Assembly: GCF_009914755.1 (NCBI RefSeq)
Contig: NC_060933.1
Direction: 5' to 3' (one strand)
Length of the DNA: 64,000 nucleotides
From: the human T2T-CHM13v2.0 reference genome, Homo sapiens
How positions within the stretch are numbered: the stretch's first letter is position 1; each line of letters begins with the position of its first letter. The position numbers were made by a program, and so were the translations under genes. Under the pieces are notes generated by a model. That model saw nothing but the letters and a program-made list of their open reading frames with translations, did not search any database and was not told the DNA's origin. Positions 13,439-26,100 of the stretch are shown here, piece after piece.

Positions 13439-16400
13439 TGCAATCGAATTGATTCCATTCCATTCCATTCCGTTCCATTCCATTCCATTCCATTCCATTC
13501 CATGCCATTCCACTCGTGTTGATTCCATTGCTTTCCATTCCATTTGGGTTGAATCCAATCCATTCCATTGCATTCAATTCCATTCCTTTCCATTGCACTA
13601 GGTTTGATTCCATTCCACAGCATTCCATTCCATTCCATTCCATTCCATTCCATTCCATTCCATTCCACTCCACTCCATGCCATTCCACTCGGGTTTATTC
13701 CATTCCTTTCCATTCCATTCGGGTTGAATCCATTCCATTCCATTCCATTCCACTCAATTCCATTACATTGCACTCGGGTTGATTCCATTGCATTCCATTC
13801 CATTCCATTCCATTCCATTCCATTCCATTCCATTCCATTCCATTCCATTTCGTTCTTTTCCATTCTATTCTGTACCATTCCATTCTATTCTTTGCATTCC
13901 ATGCCATTCCACTCGGGTTTATTCCATTCATTTCCATTCCATTCGGGTTGAATCCATTCCATTCCATTCCATTCCATTCCATTCCATTCCATTCCATTCC
14001 ATTGCACTAGGTTTGATTCCATTCCGCTGCATTCCATTCCATTCCATTCCATTCCGTTCCATTCCATTCCATTACATTCGGTTTGATTGTATTCAATTCC
14101 CTTACACTCCATTTCATTCCATTCCATTCAGTTTGTTTCCATTCCATTCCAATCCATTCCACTCCATTCCATTGCACTCGGGTTGATTGCATTCCATTCC
14201 ATTCCATTCTACTCCATTTCGTTCCATTCCATTCTATTCGGTAGCATTCCATTCCATTCCATTCCAATCCATTCCATTCCATGCCATTCCACTTGGGTTG
14301 ATTCCCTTCCTTTCCATTCCATTCGGGTTGAATCCATTCCATTCCATTCCATTCCATTCCATTCCATTCCTTTCAATTCCATTGCACACGGGTTGGTTCC
14401 ATTCCATTCCTTTCCGTTCCATTCCGGATGACTCCATTCCATTGCACTCCATTCCATTCCATTCCCCTGCACTCGGGTTCATTACCTTCCGTTCCATTTA
14501 CTTCCATTCCATTCCATTCCATTCTATTCGGGTTAATTCCATTCCATTCCATTGCATTCCATTCCATTCCATTCCATTCCATTGCAATCGAGTTGATTCC
14601 ACTCCATTCCATTCAATTCCGGATGATTCCATTCCATTGCCTTCAATTCCATTCCATTCCCCTGCACTCGGGTTGATTCCATTCCATTCCATTCCATTCC
14701 ATTCCATTCCATTCCATTCCATTACATTCGTATTGATTCTATTCAATTCCCTTACACTCCATTCCATTCCATTCCATTCGGGTTGTTTCCATTCCATTCC
14801 ATTCCATTCCACTCCATTCCATTGCAATCGGGTTGATTCCATTCCATTCCATTCCATTCCATTCCGGAAGATTCCATTCCATTGCATTCCATTCCATTCC
14901 ATTCCCCTGCACTCGGGTGGATTCCATTCTATTCCATTCCATTCCATTCCACTCTATTCCATTCCATTCCATTCCATTCCATTCCATTCTATTCGGGTTA
15001 ATTTCATTCCATTCCATTCCATTCCATTCCATTCCATTCCATTGAAATCGAGTTGATTCCATTTCATTCCATTCCATTCCATTCCATTCCATTCCATTCC
15101 ATTCCATTGCATTCTATTCCGGTTAATTCCATTCCATTCCATTCCATTCCCTTCCATTCCATTCCATTCCATTCTATTAGGGTTAATTCCATTCCATTAC
15201 ATTCCATTACATTCCATTGCAATCCAGTTGATTCCACTCCATTCCATTCCATTCCATTCAATTCCGGATGATTGCATTCCATTGCCTTCCATTCCATTCC
15301 ATTCCCCTGCACTCGGGTTGATTCCATTCCATTCCTTTCCATTCCATTCCATTCCATTCCATTCCATTCCATTTCGTTTCATTCCGTTCTATTCCGTACC
15401 ATTCCATTCCATTCCATTCCATTCCATTCCATTCCATTTCATTCCATTCCATTCCATGCCATTCCACTCGGGTTGATTCCATTCCTTTCCATTCCATTCG
15501 ACTTGAATCCATTCCATTCCATTCCATTCCATTCGATTCCATTCCATTGCACACGGGTTCATTCCATTGCATTCCATTCCATTCCATTCCATTCCATTCC
15601 ATTCCATGCCATTCCACTCGGGTTGATTCCATTCCTTTCCGTTCCATTCGAGTTGAACCCATTCCGTTCCATTCCATTCCATTCCATTCCATTCCATTCC
15701 ATTCCATTCCATTCCATTGCACACGGGTTCATTCCATTCCATTCCATTCCATTACATTACATTCCATTTCGTTCCATTCCATTCTATTCCGTACCATTCC
15801 ATTCCATTCCATTCCATTCCATTCCATTCCACTCCATTCCATGCCATTCCACTCGGGTTTATTCCATTCCTTTCCATTCCATTCGGGTTGAATCCATTCC
15901 ATTCCATTCCATTCCATTCCATTCCATTCAATTCCATTACATAGCACTCGGGTTGATTCCATTGCATTCCATTCCATTCCATTGCATTCCATTCCATTCC
16001 ATTCCATTCCATTGCTTTCCATTCCATGCCATTCCACTCGGGTTGATTCCATTCCTTTCCATTCCATTCGAGTTGAACCCATTCCATTCCATTCCATTCC
16101 ATTCCTTTCCATTCCTTTCGAGTTGAACCCATTCCATTCCATTCCATTCCATTCCATTGCAATCGAATTTATTCCATTCCATTCCATTCCGTTCCATTCC
16201 ATTCCATTCCATTCCATTCCATGCCATTCCACTCGTGTTGATTCCATTGCTTTCCATTCCATTTGGGTTGAATCCAATCCATTCCATTGCATTCAATTCC
16301 ATTCCTTTCCATTGCACTAGGTTTGATTCCATTCCACAGCATTCCATTCCATTCCATTCCATTCCATTCCATTCCATTCCATTCCATTCCACTCGGGATG

Positions 16401-19400
16401 ATTCCATTCCTTTCCATTCCATTCGTGTTGAAACCATTCCATTCCATTCCATTCCTTTCGATTCCATTCCCTTACACTCGGGTTGATCCCATTGCATTGC
16501 ATTGCATTCCATTCCATTGCATTCCATTCCGTTCCATTCCATTCCATTACATTCGCATTGATTCTATTCCATTCCCTTACACTCCATTACATTCCATTCC
16601 ATTCGGGTTGTTTCCATTCCATTCCATTCCATTCCACTCCATTCCATTGCAATCGGGTTGATTCCATTCCATTCCATTCCATTCCATTCCGTATGATTCC
16701 ATTCCATTGCATTCCATTCCATTCCATTCCCCTGCACTCGGGTGGATTCCATTCTATTCCATTCCATTCCATTCCATTCCATTCCATTCCATTCCATTCC
16801 ACTCCACTCCATGCCATTCCACTCGGGTTTATTCCATTCCTTTCCATTCCATTCGGGTTGAATCCATTCCATTCCATTCCATTCCACTCAATTCCATTAC
16901 ATTGCACTCGGGTTGATTCCATTGCATTCCATTCCATTCCATTCCATTCCATTCCATTCCATTCCATTTCGTTCTTTTCCATTCTATTCTGTACCATTCC
17001 ATTCTATTCTTTGCATTCCATGCCATTCCACTCGGGTTTATTCCATTCATTTCCATTCCATTCGGGTTGAATCCATTCCATTCCATTCCATTCCATTCCA
17101 TTCCATTCCATTCCATTCCATTGCACTAGGTTTGATTCCATTCCGCTGCATTCCATTCCATTCCATTCCATTCCGTTCCATTCCATTCCATTACATTCGG
17201 TTTGATTGTATTCAATTCCCTTACACTCCATTTCATTCCATTCCATTCAGTTTGTTTCCATTCCATTCCAATCCATTCCACTGCATTCCATTGCACTCGG
17301 GTTGATTGCATTCCATTCCATTCCATTCTACTCCATTTCGTTCCATTCCATTATATTCGGTAGCATTCCATTCCATTCCATTCCAATCCATTCCATTCCA
17401 TGCCATTCCACTTGGGTTGATTCCCTTCCTTTCCATTCCATTCGGGTTGAATCCATTCCATTCCATTCCATTCCATTCCATTCCATTCTTTTCAATTCCA
17501 TTGCACACGGGTTGGTTCCATTCCATTCCTTTCCGTTCCATTCCGGATGACTCCATTCCATTGCATTCCATTCCATTCCATTCCCCTGCACTCGGGTTCA
17601 TTACCTTCCATTCCATTTACTTCCATTCCATTCCATTCCATTCTATTCGGGTTAATTCCATTCCATTCCATTGCATTCCATTCCATTCCATTCCATTCCA
17701 TTCCATTTCATTCCATTCCATTCCATTCCATTCCATTGCAATCGAGTTGATTCCATTCCATTCCATTCAATTCCGGATGATTCCATTCCATTGCCTTCAA
17801 TTCCATTCCATTCCCCTGCACTCGGGTTGATTCCATTCCATTCCATTCCATTCCATTTCATTCCATTCCGTTCCATTCCATTCCATTCCATTCTGTTCAG
17901 GTTAATTCGATTCCATTCCTTTCCCTTAAATTCCATTCCATTCCATCCCATTGCAATCGAGTTGATTCCATTGCATTCCATTCCATTACATTCCATTGCA
18001 TTCCATTCCATTCCATTCCCTTGCACTCAGGTTGATTCCATTCGATTCCTTTCCATTCCATTCCATTCGGGTTGTTTCCATTCCATTCCGTTCCATTCCA
18101 CTCCATTCCATTGCAATCGGGTTGATTCCATTCCATTCCATTGCATTCCATTCCATTCCATTCCATTCCGTATGATTCCATTACATTGCATTCCATTCCA
18201 TTCCATTCCCCTGCACTCGGTTGGATTCCATTCAATTCCATTCCATTCCATTCCATTCCATTCCATTCCATTCCATTCCATTCTATTCGGGTTAATTTCA
18301 TTGCATTCCATTCCATTCCCTTCCATTCCCTTCCATTCCATTCCATTCCATTCAATTGAAATCGAGTTGATTCCATTCCATTCCATTCCATTCCACTCCA
18401 TTCTATTCGGGTTAATTCCATTCCATTCCATTCCATTCCATTCCCTTCCATTCCATTCCATTCCATTCCATTCCATTCTATTCCATTCCATTCCATTCTA
18501 TTAGGGTTAATTCCATTCCATTCCATTCCATTCCATTCCATTCCATTCCATTCCATTCTATTCCACTCCATTCCATGCCATTCCACTCGGGTTTATTCCA
18601 CTCCTTTCCATTCCATTCGGGTTGAATCCATTCCATTCCATTCCATTCCATTCCATTCCATTCCATTCCATTCCATTCCATTCCATGCCATTACACTCGG
18701 GTTGATTCCGTACCTTTCCATTCCATTCGAATTGAACCCATTCCATTCCATTCCATTCCATTCCATTCCATTTCGTTCCATTCCATTCTATTCCTTACCA
18801 TTCCACTCCATTCCATTCCCTTCCATGCCATTTCACTCGGGTTTATTCCATTCCTTTCCATTCCATTCGGGTTGAATCCATTCCATTCCATTCCATTCCA
18901 TTCGATTCCATTCCATTCAACTCGGGTTGATTCCATTCCATTCCATGCCATTCCATTTCATTCCATTCCATTCCATTCCATTCCATTCCATTCCATTCCG
19001 TTCCATTACATTCGGATTGATTCTTTTTAATTCCCTTACACTCCATTACATTCCATTCCATTCGGGTACTTTCCATTCCATTCCATTCCATTCCACTGCA
19101 TTCTATTGCACTCGGGTTGATTGATTCCATTCCATTGCATTCCATTCCATTCCATTCCCTTGCACTCAGGTTGATCCCATTCCATTGCATTTCATTCCAT
19201 TCCATTCCATTCCGTTCCGTTCCATTCCATTCCATTCCATTCTGTTCAGGTTAATTCCATTCCATTCCATTCCCTTCCATTCCGTTCCGTTCCATTCCAT
19301 TCCATTCCATTCCATTCCATTCTATTCAGGTTAATTCCATTCCATTCCATTCCCTTCCATTCCATTCCATCCCATTGCAATCTAGTTGATTCCATTGCAT

Positions 19401-19520
19401 TCCATTCCATTCCATTCCATTCCATTGCATTGCATTCCATTCCATTCCCCTGCACTCAGATTGATTCCATTCCATCCCATTCCATTCCATTCCGTTCCAT
19501 TCCATTCCATTCCATTCTAT
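13439..19520 (+). repeat. ~6.1 kb tandem duplication, copy 2
   Basis: Same order of variant words as 7320-13438. Homology ends after CACTCAGATTGATT (13371 vs 19453), where copy 2 continues as CTATTCGCGTTAAT. Confidence 0.9.
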
Positions 19521-21177
19521 TCGCGTTAATTCCATTGCATTCCATTCCATTGCATTCCATTGTAATCGAGTTGATTCCATTCCATTCCGTTCCATTCCAT
19601 TCCATTCCATTCCATTTCGTTCCATTCCATTCTATTCTGTACCTTTGCATTCCATTCCATTCCATTCCATTCCATTCCATTCCATTCCATTCCATTCCAT
19701 GCCATTCCATTCGGGTTGATTCCATTGCTTTCCATTCCATTTGGGTTGAATCCAATCCATTCCATTCCATTCCATTCCATTCCATTGCATTCCATTGCAC
19801 TAGGTTTGATTCCATTCCACTGCATTCCATTCCATTCCATTCCGTTCCATTCCATTCCCTTACATTTGGATTGATTGTATTCAATTCCCTTACACTCCAT
19901 TACATTCCATTCCATTCGGGTTGTTTCCATTCCATTACATTCCTTTCAACTCCATTCCATTGCAATCGGGTTGATTCCATTCCATTCCATTGCATTCCAT
20001 TCCATTCCATTCCATTCTGTATGATTCCATTCCATTGCATTCCATTCCATTCCATTCCCCTGCACTCGGTTGGATTCCATTCTATTCCATTCCATTCCAT
20101 TCCATTCCATTCCATTCCATTCCATTCCATTCCATTCTATTCGGGTTAATTTCATTCCATTCCATTCCATTCCCTTCCATTCCATTGCATTCCATTCCAT
20201 TGAAATCGAGTTGATTCCATTCCATTCCATTCCATTCCATTCCATTCCATTCTATTCGGGTTAATTCCATTCCATTCCATTCCATTCCATTCTATTAGGG
20301 TTAATTCCATTCCATTCCATTCCATTCCATTCCATTCCATTCCATTCCACTCCATTCCATGCCATTCCACTCGGGTTTATTCCATTCATTTCCATTCCAT
20401 TCGGGTTGAATCCATTCCATTCCATTCCATTCCATTCCATTCCATTCCATTCCATTCCATTCCATTTCGTTCCATCCCATTCTATTCCGTACCATTCCAT
20501 TCCATTCCATTCCATTCCATTCCATTCCACTACATTCCATGCCATTCCACTCGGGTTTATTCCATACCTTTCCATTCCATTCGGGTTGAATCCATTCCAT
20601 TCCATTCCATTCCATTCGATTCCATTACATTGCACTCGGGGTGATTCCATTCCATTCCATTCCATTACATTTCATTCCATTCCATTCCATTCCATTCAGT
20701 TCCATTCCATTCCATTCCATTCCATTGCACACGGGTTCATTCCATTCCATTCCATTCTACTCCATTCCATTCCATTCCATTCCGTTCTATTCCATTCCAT
20801 TCCATTCTGTTCAGGTTAATTCCATTCCATTCCTTTCCCTTCCATTCCATTCCATTCCATTCCATTGCAATCGAGTTGATTCCATTGCATTCCATTCCAT
20901 TACATTCCATTGCATTCCATTCCATTCCATTCCCCTGCACTCAGGTTGATTCCATTCGATTCCATTCCATTCCATTCCGTTCCATTCCATTCCATTCCAT
21001 TCTATTCGCTTTAATTGCATTCCATTCCATTCCATTGCTTTCCATTGCAATCGAGTTGATTCCATTCCTTTCCGTTCCATTCCATACCATTCCATTCCAT
21101 TTCGTTCCATTCCATTCTATTCCGTACCATTCCATTCCATTCCATTCCATTCCATTCCATTCCGTTCCATTCCATTC

Positions 21178-23040
21178 CATGCCATTCCACTCGGGATGAT
21201 TCCATTGCTTTCCATTCCATTTGGGTTGAATCCAATCCATTCCATTCCATTTCATTCCATTCCATTCCATTCCATTGCATTGCACTAGATTTGATTCCAT
21301 TCCACTGCATTCCATTCCATTCCATTCCATTCCGTTCCATTCCATTCCATTACATTCGGATTGATTGTATTCAATTCCCTTACACTCCATTTCATTCCAT
21401 TCCATTCTGGTTGTTTCCATACCATTCCATTCCATTCTATTCCATTTCGTTCCATTCCATTCTATTCGGTACCATTCCATTCCATTCCATTCCATTCCAT
21501 TCCATGCCATTCCACTTGGGTTGATTCCCTTCCTTTCCATTCCATTCGAGTTGATTCCATTCCATTCCATTCCATTCCATTCCATTCCATTCCATTCCAT
21601 TCCTTTCCATTCCATTGCACACGGGTTGATTCCATTCCATTCTTTCTGTTCCATTCCGGATGACTCCATTCCATTGCATTCCATTCCATTCCATTCCCCT
21701 GCACTCGGGTTCATTACATTCCATTCCTTTTACTTCCATTCCATTCCATTCCATTCAATTCCATTCTATTCGGGTTAATTCCATTCCATTCCATTCCATT
21801 CCATTCCATTCCATTGCAATCCAGTTGATTCCATTCCATTCCATTCAATTCCGGATGATTCCATTCCATTGCCTTCAATTCCATTCCATTCCCCTGCACT
21901 CGGGTTGATTCCATTCCATTCCATTCCATTCCATTCCATTCCATTCCATTCCATTCCATTCCATTTCATTCCATTTCATTTCGTTCCATTCCATTCTATT
22001 CCGTTCCATTCCATTCCATTACATTACATTGCATTCCATTCCATTCCATTCCTTTCCATTCTATTCGGGTTAATTCCATTCCATTCCATTCCATTCCGTT
22101 CCATTCAATTCCATTACATTCGGATTGATTCTTTTTAATTCCCTTACACTCCATTACATTCTATTCCATTCGGGTAGTTTCCATACCATTCCATTCCATT
22201 CCACTGCATTCTATTGCACTCGGGTTGATTGATTCCATTCCATTGCATTCCATTCCATTCCATTCCATTCCGGATGATTCCATTCCATTGCATTCCTTTG
22301 CATTCCATTCCCCTGTACTCGTGTTGATCCCATTCCATTGCATTCCATTCCATTCCATTCCATTCCATTCAATTCCGTTCCGTTCCATTCCATTCCCTTC
22401 CATTCTGTTCAGGTTAATTCCATTCCATTCCATTCCCTTCCATTCCATTCCATTCCATTCCAATCCATTCCATGCCATTCCACTCGGGATGACTCCATTG
22501 CTTTCCATTCCATTTGGGTTGAATCCAATCCATTCCATTCCATTTCATTCCATTGCATTCCATTCCATTGCATTGCACTAGATTTGATTCCATTCCACTG
22601 CATTCCATTCCATTCCATTCCATTCCGTTCCATTCCATTCCATTACATTCGGATTGATTGTATTCAATTCCCTTACACTCCATTTCATTCCATTCCATTC
22701 TGGTTGTTTCCATACCATTCCATTCCATTCTATTCCATTTCGTTCCATTCCATTCTATTCGGTACCATTCCATTCCATTCCATTCCATTCCATTCCATGC
22801 CATTCCACTTGGGTTGATTCCCTTCCTTTCCATTCCATTCGAGTTGATTCCATTCCATTCCATTCCATTCCATTCCATTCCATTCCTTTCCATTCCATTG
22901 CACACGGGTTGATTCCATTCCATTCTTTCTGTTCCATTCCGGATGACTCCATTCCATTGCATTCCATTCCATTCCATTCCCCTGCACTCGGGTTCATTAC
23001 ATTCCATTCCTTTTACTTCCATTCCATTCCATTCCATTCC
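21178..23040 (+). repeat. Direct repeat of a ~570 bp block at 1293 bp spacing (about 21178-21750 and 22471-23040)
   Basis: ORF offsets 21361/22654, 21437/22730 and 21462/22755 are all 1293. Shared rare words GCACTAGATTTG, TCTGGTTGTTTCCATACC, ATTCTTTCTGTTCC and CCTTTTACTTCC. Confidence 0.85.
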
Positions 23041-23129
23041 ATTCCATTCCATTCCTGTCCATTCCATTACGGATGATTCCATTCCATTGCATTCCATTCC
23101 ATTCCATTCCCCTGTACTCGGGTTGATTC

Positions 23130-26100
23130 CATTCCATTCCATTCCATTCCATTCCATTGTACTCGGGTTGATTCAATTCCATTGCATTCCATTCCATTCC
23201 ATTCCATTCCATTCCGTTGCACTCCATTCCATTACATTCGGATTGATTCTATTAAACTCCCTTACTCTCCATTACATTCCATTCCATTCGGGTTGTTCCA
23301 TTCCATTCCATTCCATTCCACTCCATTCCATTGCACTCGGGTTGATTCCATTCCATTCCATTCCATTCCGGATGATTCCATTCCACTGCATTCCGTTCCA
23401 TTACATTCCCCTGCACTCGCGTTGATTCCATTCCATTCCATTCCATTCCGTTGAATTCCATTCCATTACAATTCGTTCCATTCCATTCTATTCCGTACCA
23501 TTCCATTCCATTCCATACCATTCCATTCCATTCCATTCCATTCCATTCCATTCCATTCTATTCGGATTAATTCCATTCCATTCCATTCCATTCCATTCTA
23601 TTCCATTCCATTGCAATCGAGTTGAATCCATTGCATTTCATTCCATTCCATTCCATTCCATTCCATTCCATTCCATTCCATTCCGGAAGATTCCATTCCA
23701 TTGCATTCCATTCCATTCCATTCCCCTGCACTCGCGTTGATTCCATTTCATTCCATTCCATTCCATTCCATTCCATTCCTTTCCGTTCCATTCCATTCCA
23801 TTCCATTCAATTCCATTCCATTCCGTTCCGTTCCATTCCATTCCATTCCATTCTATTCGGGTTAATTCCATTCCATTCCATTCGATTGCAATCGAGTTGA
23901 TTCCATTCCATTCCATTCCATTCCATTCCATTCCATTCCTTTCCATTCCATTACGGATGATTCCATTACATTGCATTCCATTCCCTTCCATTCGCCTGTA
24001 CTCGGGTTCATTCCATTCCATTCCATTCCATTCCAATCCATGGCATTCCACTCGTGTTGATTCCATTCTTTCCATTCCATTCAAGTTGAATCCATTCCAT
24101 TGCATTCCATTCCATTCGCTTCCATTCGATTGCACTCGGGTTGATTCCATTCCATTGCATTCCATTCCATTCCATTCCATTCCATTCCATTCCATTCCAT
24201 TCCGTTCCATTCCATTCCATTACATACGGATTGATTCTATTCAATTCCCTTACACTCCATTACATTCCATTCCATTCGGGTAGTTTCCATTCCATTCCAT
24301 TCCATTCCTCTCCCTTCCATTGCACTCGGGTTGATTCCATTCCATTGCATTCCATTCCATTCCATTCCCCTGCACTCGCGTTGATTCCATTCCATTCCAT
24401 TCTATTCCATTCCATTCCCTTCCTTTCCGTTCCATTCCATTCCATTCCATTCCATTCCGTTCCGTTCCATTCCATTCCATTCCATTCTATTCGGGTTAAT
24501 TCCATTCCATTCCATTCGATTGCAATCGAGTTGATTCCATTCCATTCCATTCCATTCCATTCCATTCCTTTCCATTCCATTACGGATGATTCCATTCCAT
24601 TGCATTCCATTCCATTCCATTCCCCTGTACTCGGGTTGATTCCATTCCATTGCATTCCAATCCATGCCCTTCCACTCGTGTTGATTCCATTCTTTCCATT
24701 CCATTCAAGTTGAATCCATTCCATTGCATTCCATTCCATTCGATTCCATTCGATTGCACTCGGGTTGATTCCATTCCATTGCATTCCATTCCATTCCATT
24801 CCATTCCATTCCGTTCCATTCCATTCCATTACATTCGGATTGATTCTATTCAATTCCCTTACACTCCATTACATTCCATTCCATTCGGGTTGTTTCCATT
24901 CCATTCCATTCCATTCCTCTCCATTCCATTGAACTCGGGTTGATTCCATTCCATTGCATTCCATTCCATTCCATTCAATTCCATTCCGTTCCATTCCATT
25001 CCATTACATTCGGATTGATTCTATTCAACTCCCTTACTCTCCATTACATTCCATTCCATTCGGGTTGTTCCAATCCATTCCATTCCATTCCACTCCATTC
25101 CATTGCACTCGGGTTTATTCCATTCCATTCCATTCCATTGCATTCCATTCCATTCCATTCCCCTGCACTCGCGTTGATTCCATTCCATTCCATTCCATTC
25201 CATTCCATTCCTTTCCGTTCCATTCCATTCCATTCCATTCCATTCCAATCCATTCCATTCCGTTCCGTTCCGTTCCATTCCATTCCATTCCATTCTATTC
25301 GGGTTAATTCCATTCCATTCCATTCGATTGCAATCGAGTTGATTCCATTCCATTCCATTCCATTCCATTCCATTCCATTCCATTCCTTTCCATTCCATTA
25401 CGGATGATTCCATTCCATTGCATTCCATTCCATTCCATTCCCCTGTACTCGGGTTGATTCCATTCCATTCCATTCCAATCCATGCCATTCCACTCGTGTT
25501 GATTCCATTCTTTCCATTCCATTCAAGTTGAATCCATTCCATTGCATTCCATTCCATTCGATTCCATTCGATTGCACTCGGGTTGATTCCATTACATTGC
25601 ATTCCATTCCATTCCAATCCATTCCATTCCATTCCATTCCATTCCATTCCGTTCCTTTCCATTCCATTCCATTCCATTCCATTCCGTTCCATTCCATTCC
25701 ATTACATTCGGATTGATTCTATTCAATTCCCTTACACTCCATTACATTCCATTCCATTCGGGTAGTTTCCATTCCATTCCATTCCATTCCTCTCCATTCC
25801 ATTGAACTCAGGTTGATTCCATTCCATTGCATTCCATTCCATTCCATTCAATTCCATTCCGTTCCATTCCATTCCATTACATTCGGATTGATTCTATTCA
25901 ACTCCCTTACTCTCCATTACATTCCATTCCATTCGGGTTGTTCCATTGCATTCCATTCCATTCCGTTCCATTCCGGAAGATTCCATTCCATTGCATTCCA
26001 TTCCATTCCATTCCCCTGCACTCGCGTTGATTCCATTCCATTCCATTCCATTCCATTCCATTCCCTTCAATTCCATTCCTTTCCGTTCCATTCCATTCCA

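Larger units (their letters stand above)
1..23050 (+). repeat. HSat3 domain L (left sequence dialect)
   Basis: Recurrent words CATGCCATTCCACTCGGGTTTATT, TTCGGGTTGAATCC, TGCACTAGGTTTGATT, CACACGGGTTCA, CTCGGGTGGATT and TTCGGGTTGTTTCC. I saw no CTCGCGTTG, TTACGGATG or TCAAGTTGAA here. Register shifts are rare (9 seen in 23 kb). Confidence 0.8.

Noticed and set aside
24061-24160. Possible HSat2 identity because of CATTCGATTCC words in domain R
   Set aside because: These words are sparse. The HSat2 GATGAT-rich 23/26-bp unit is absent, and long pure CATTC runs with CTCGGGTTG dominate, as in HSat3.
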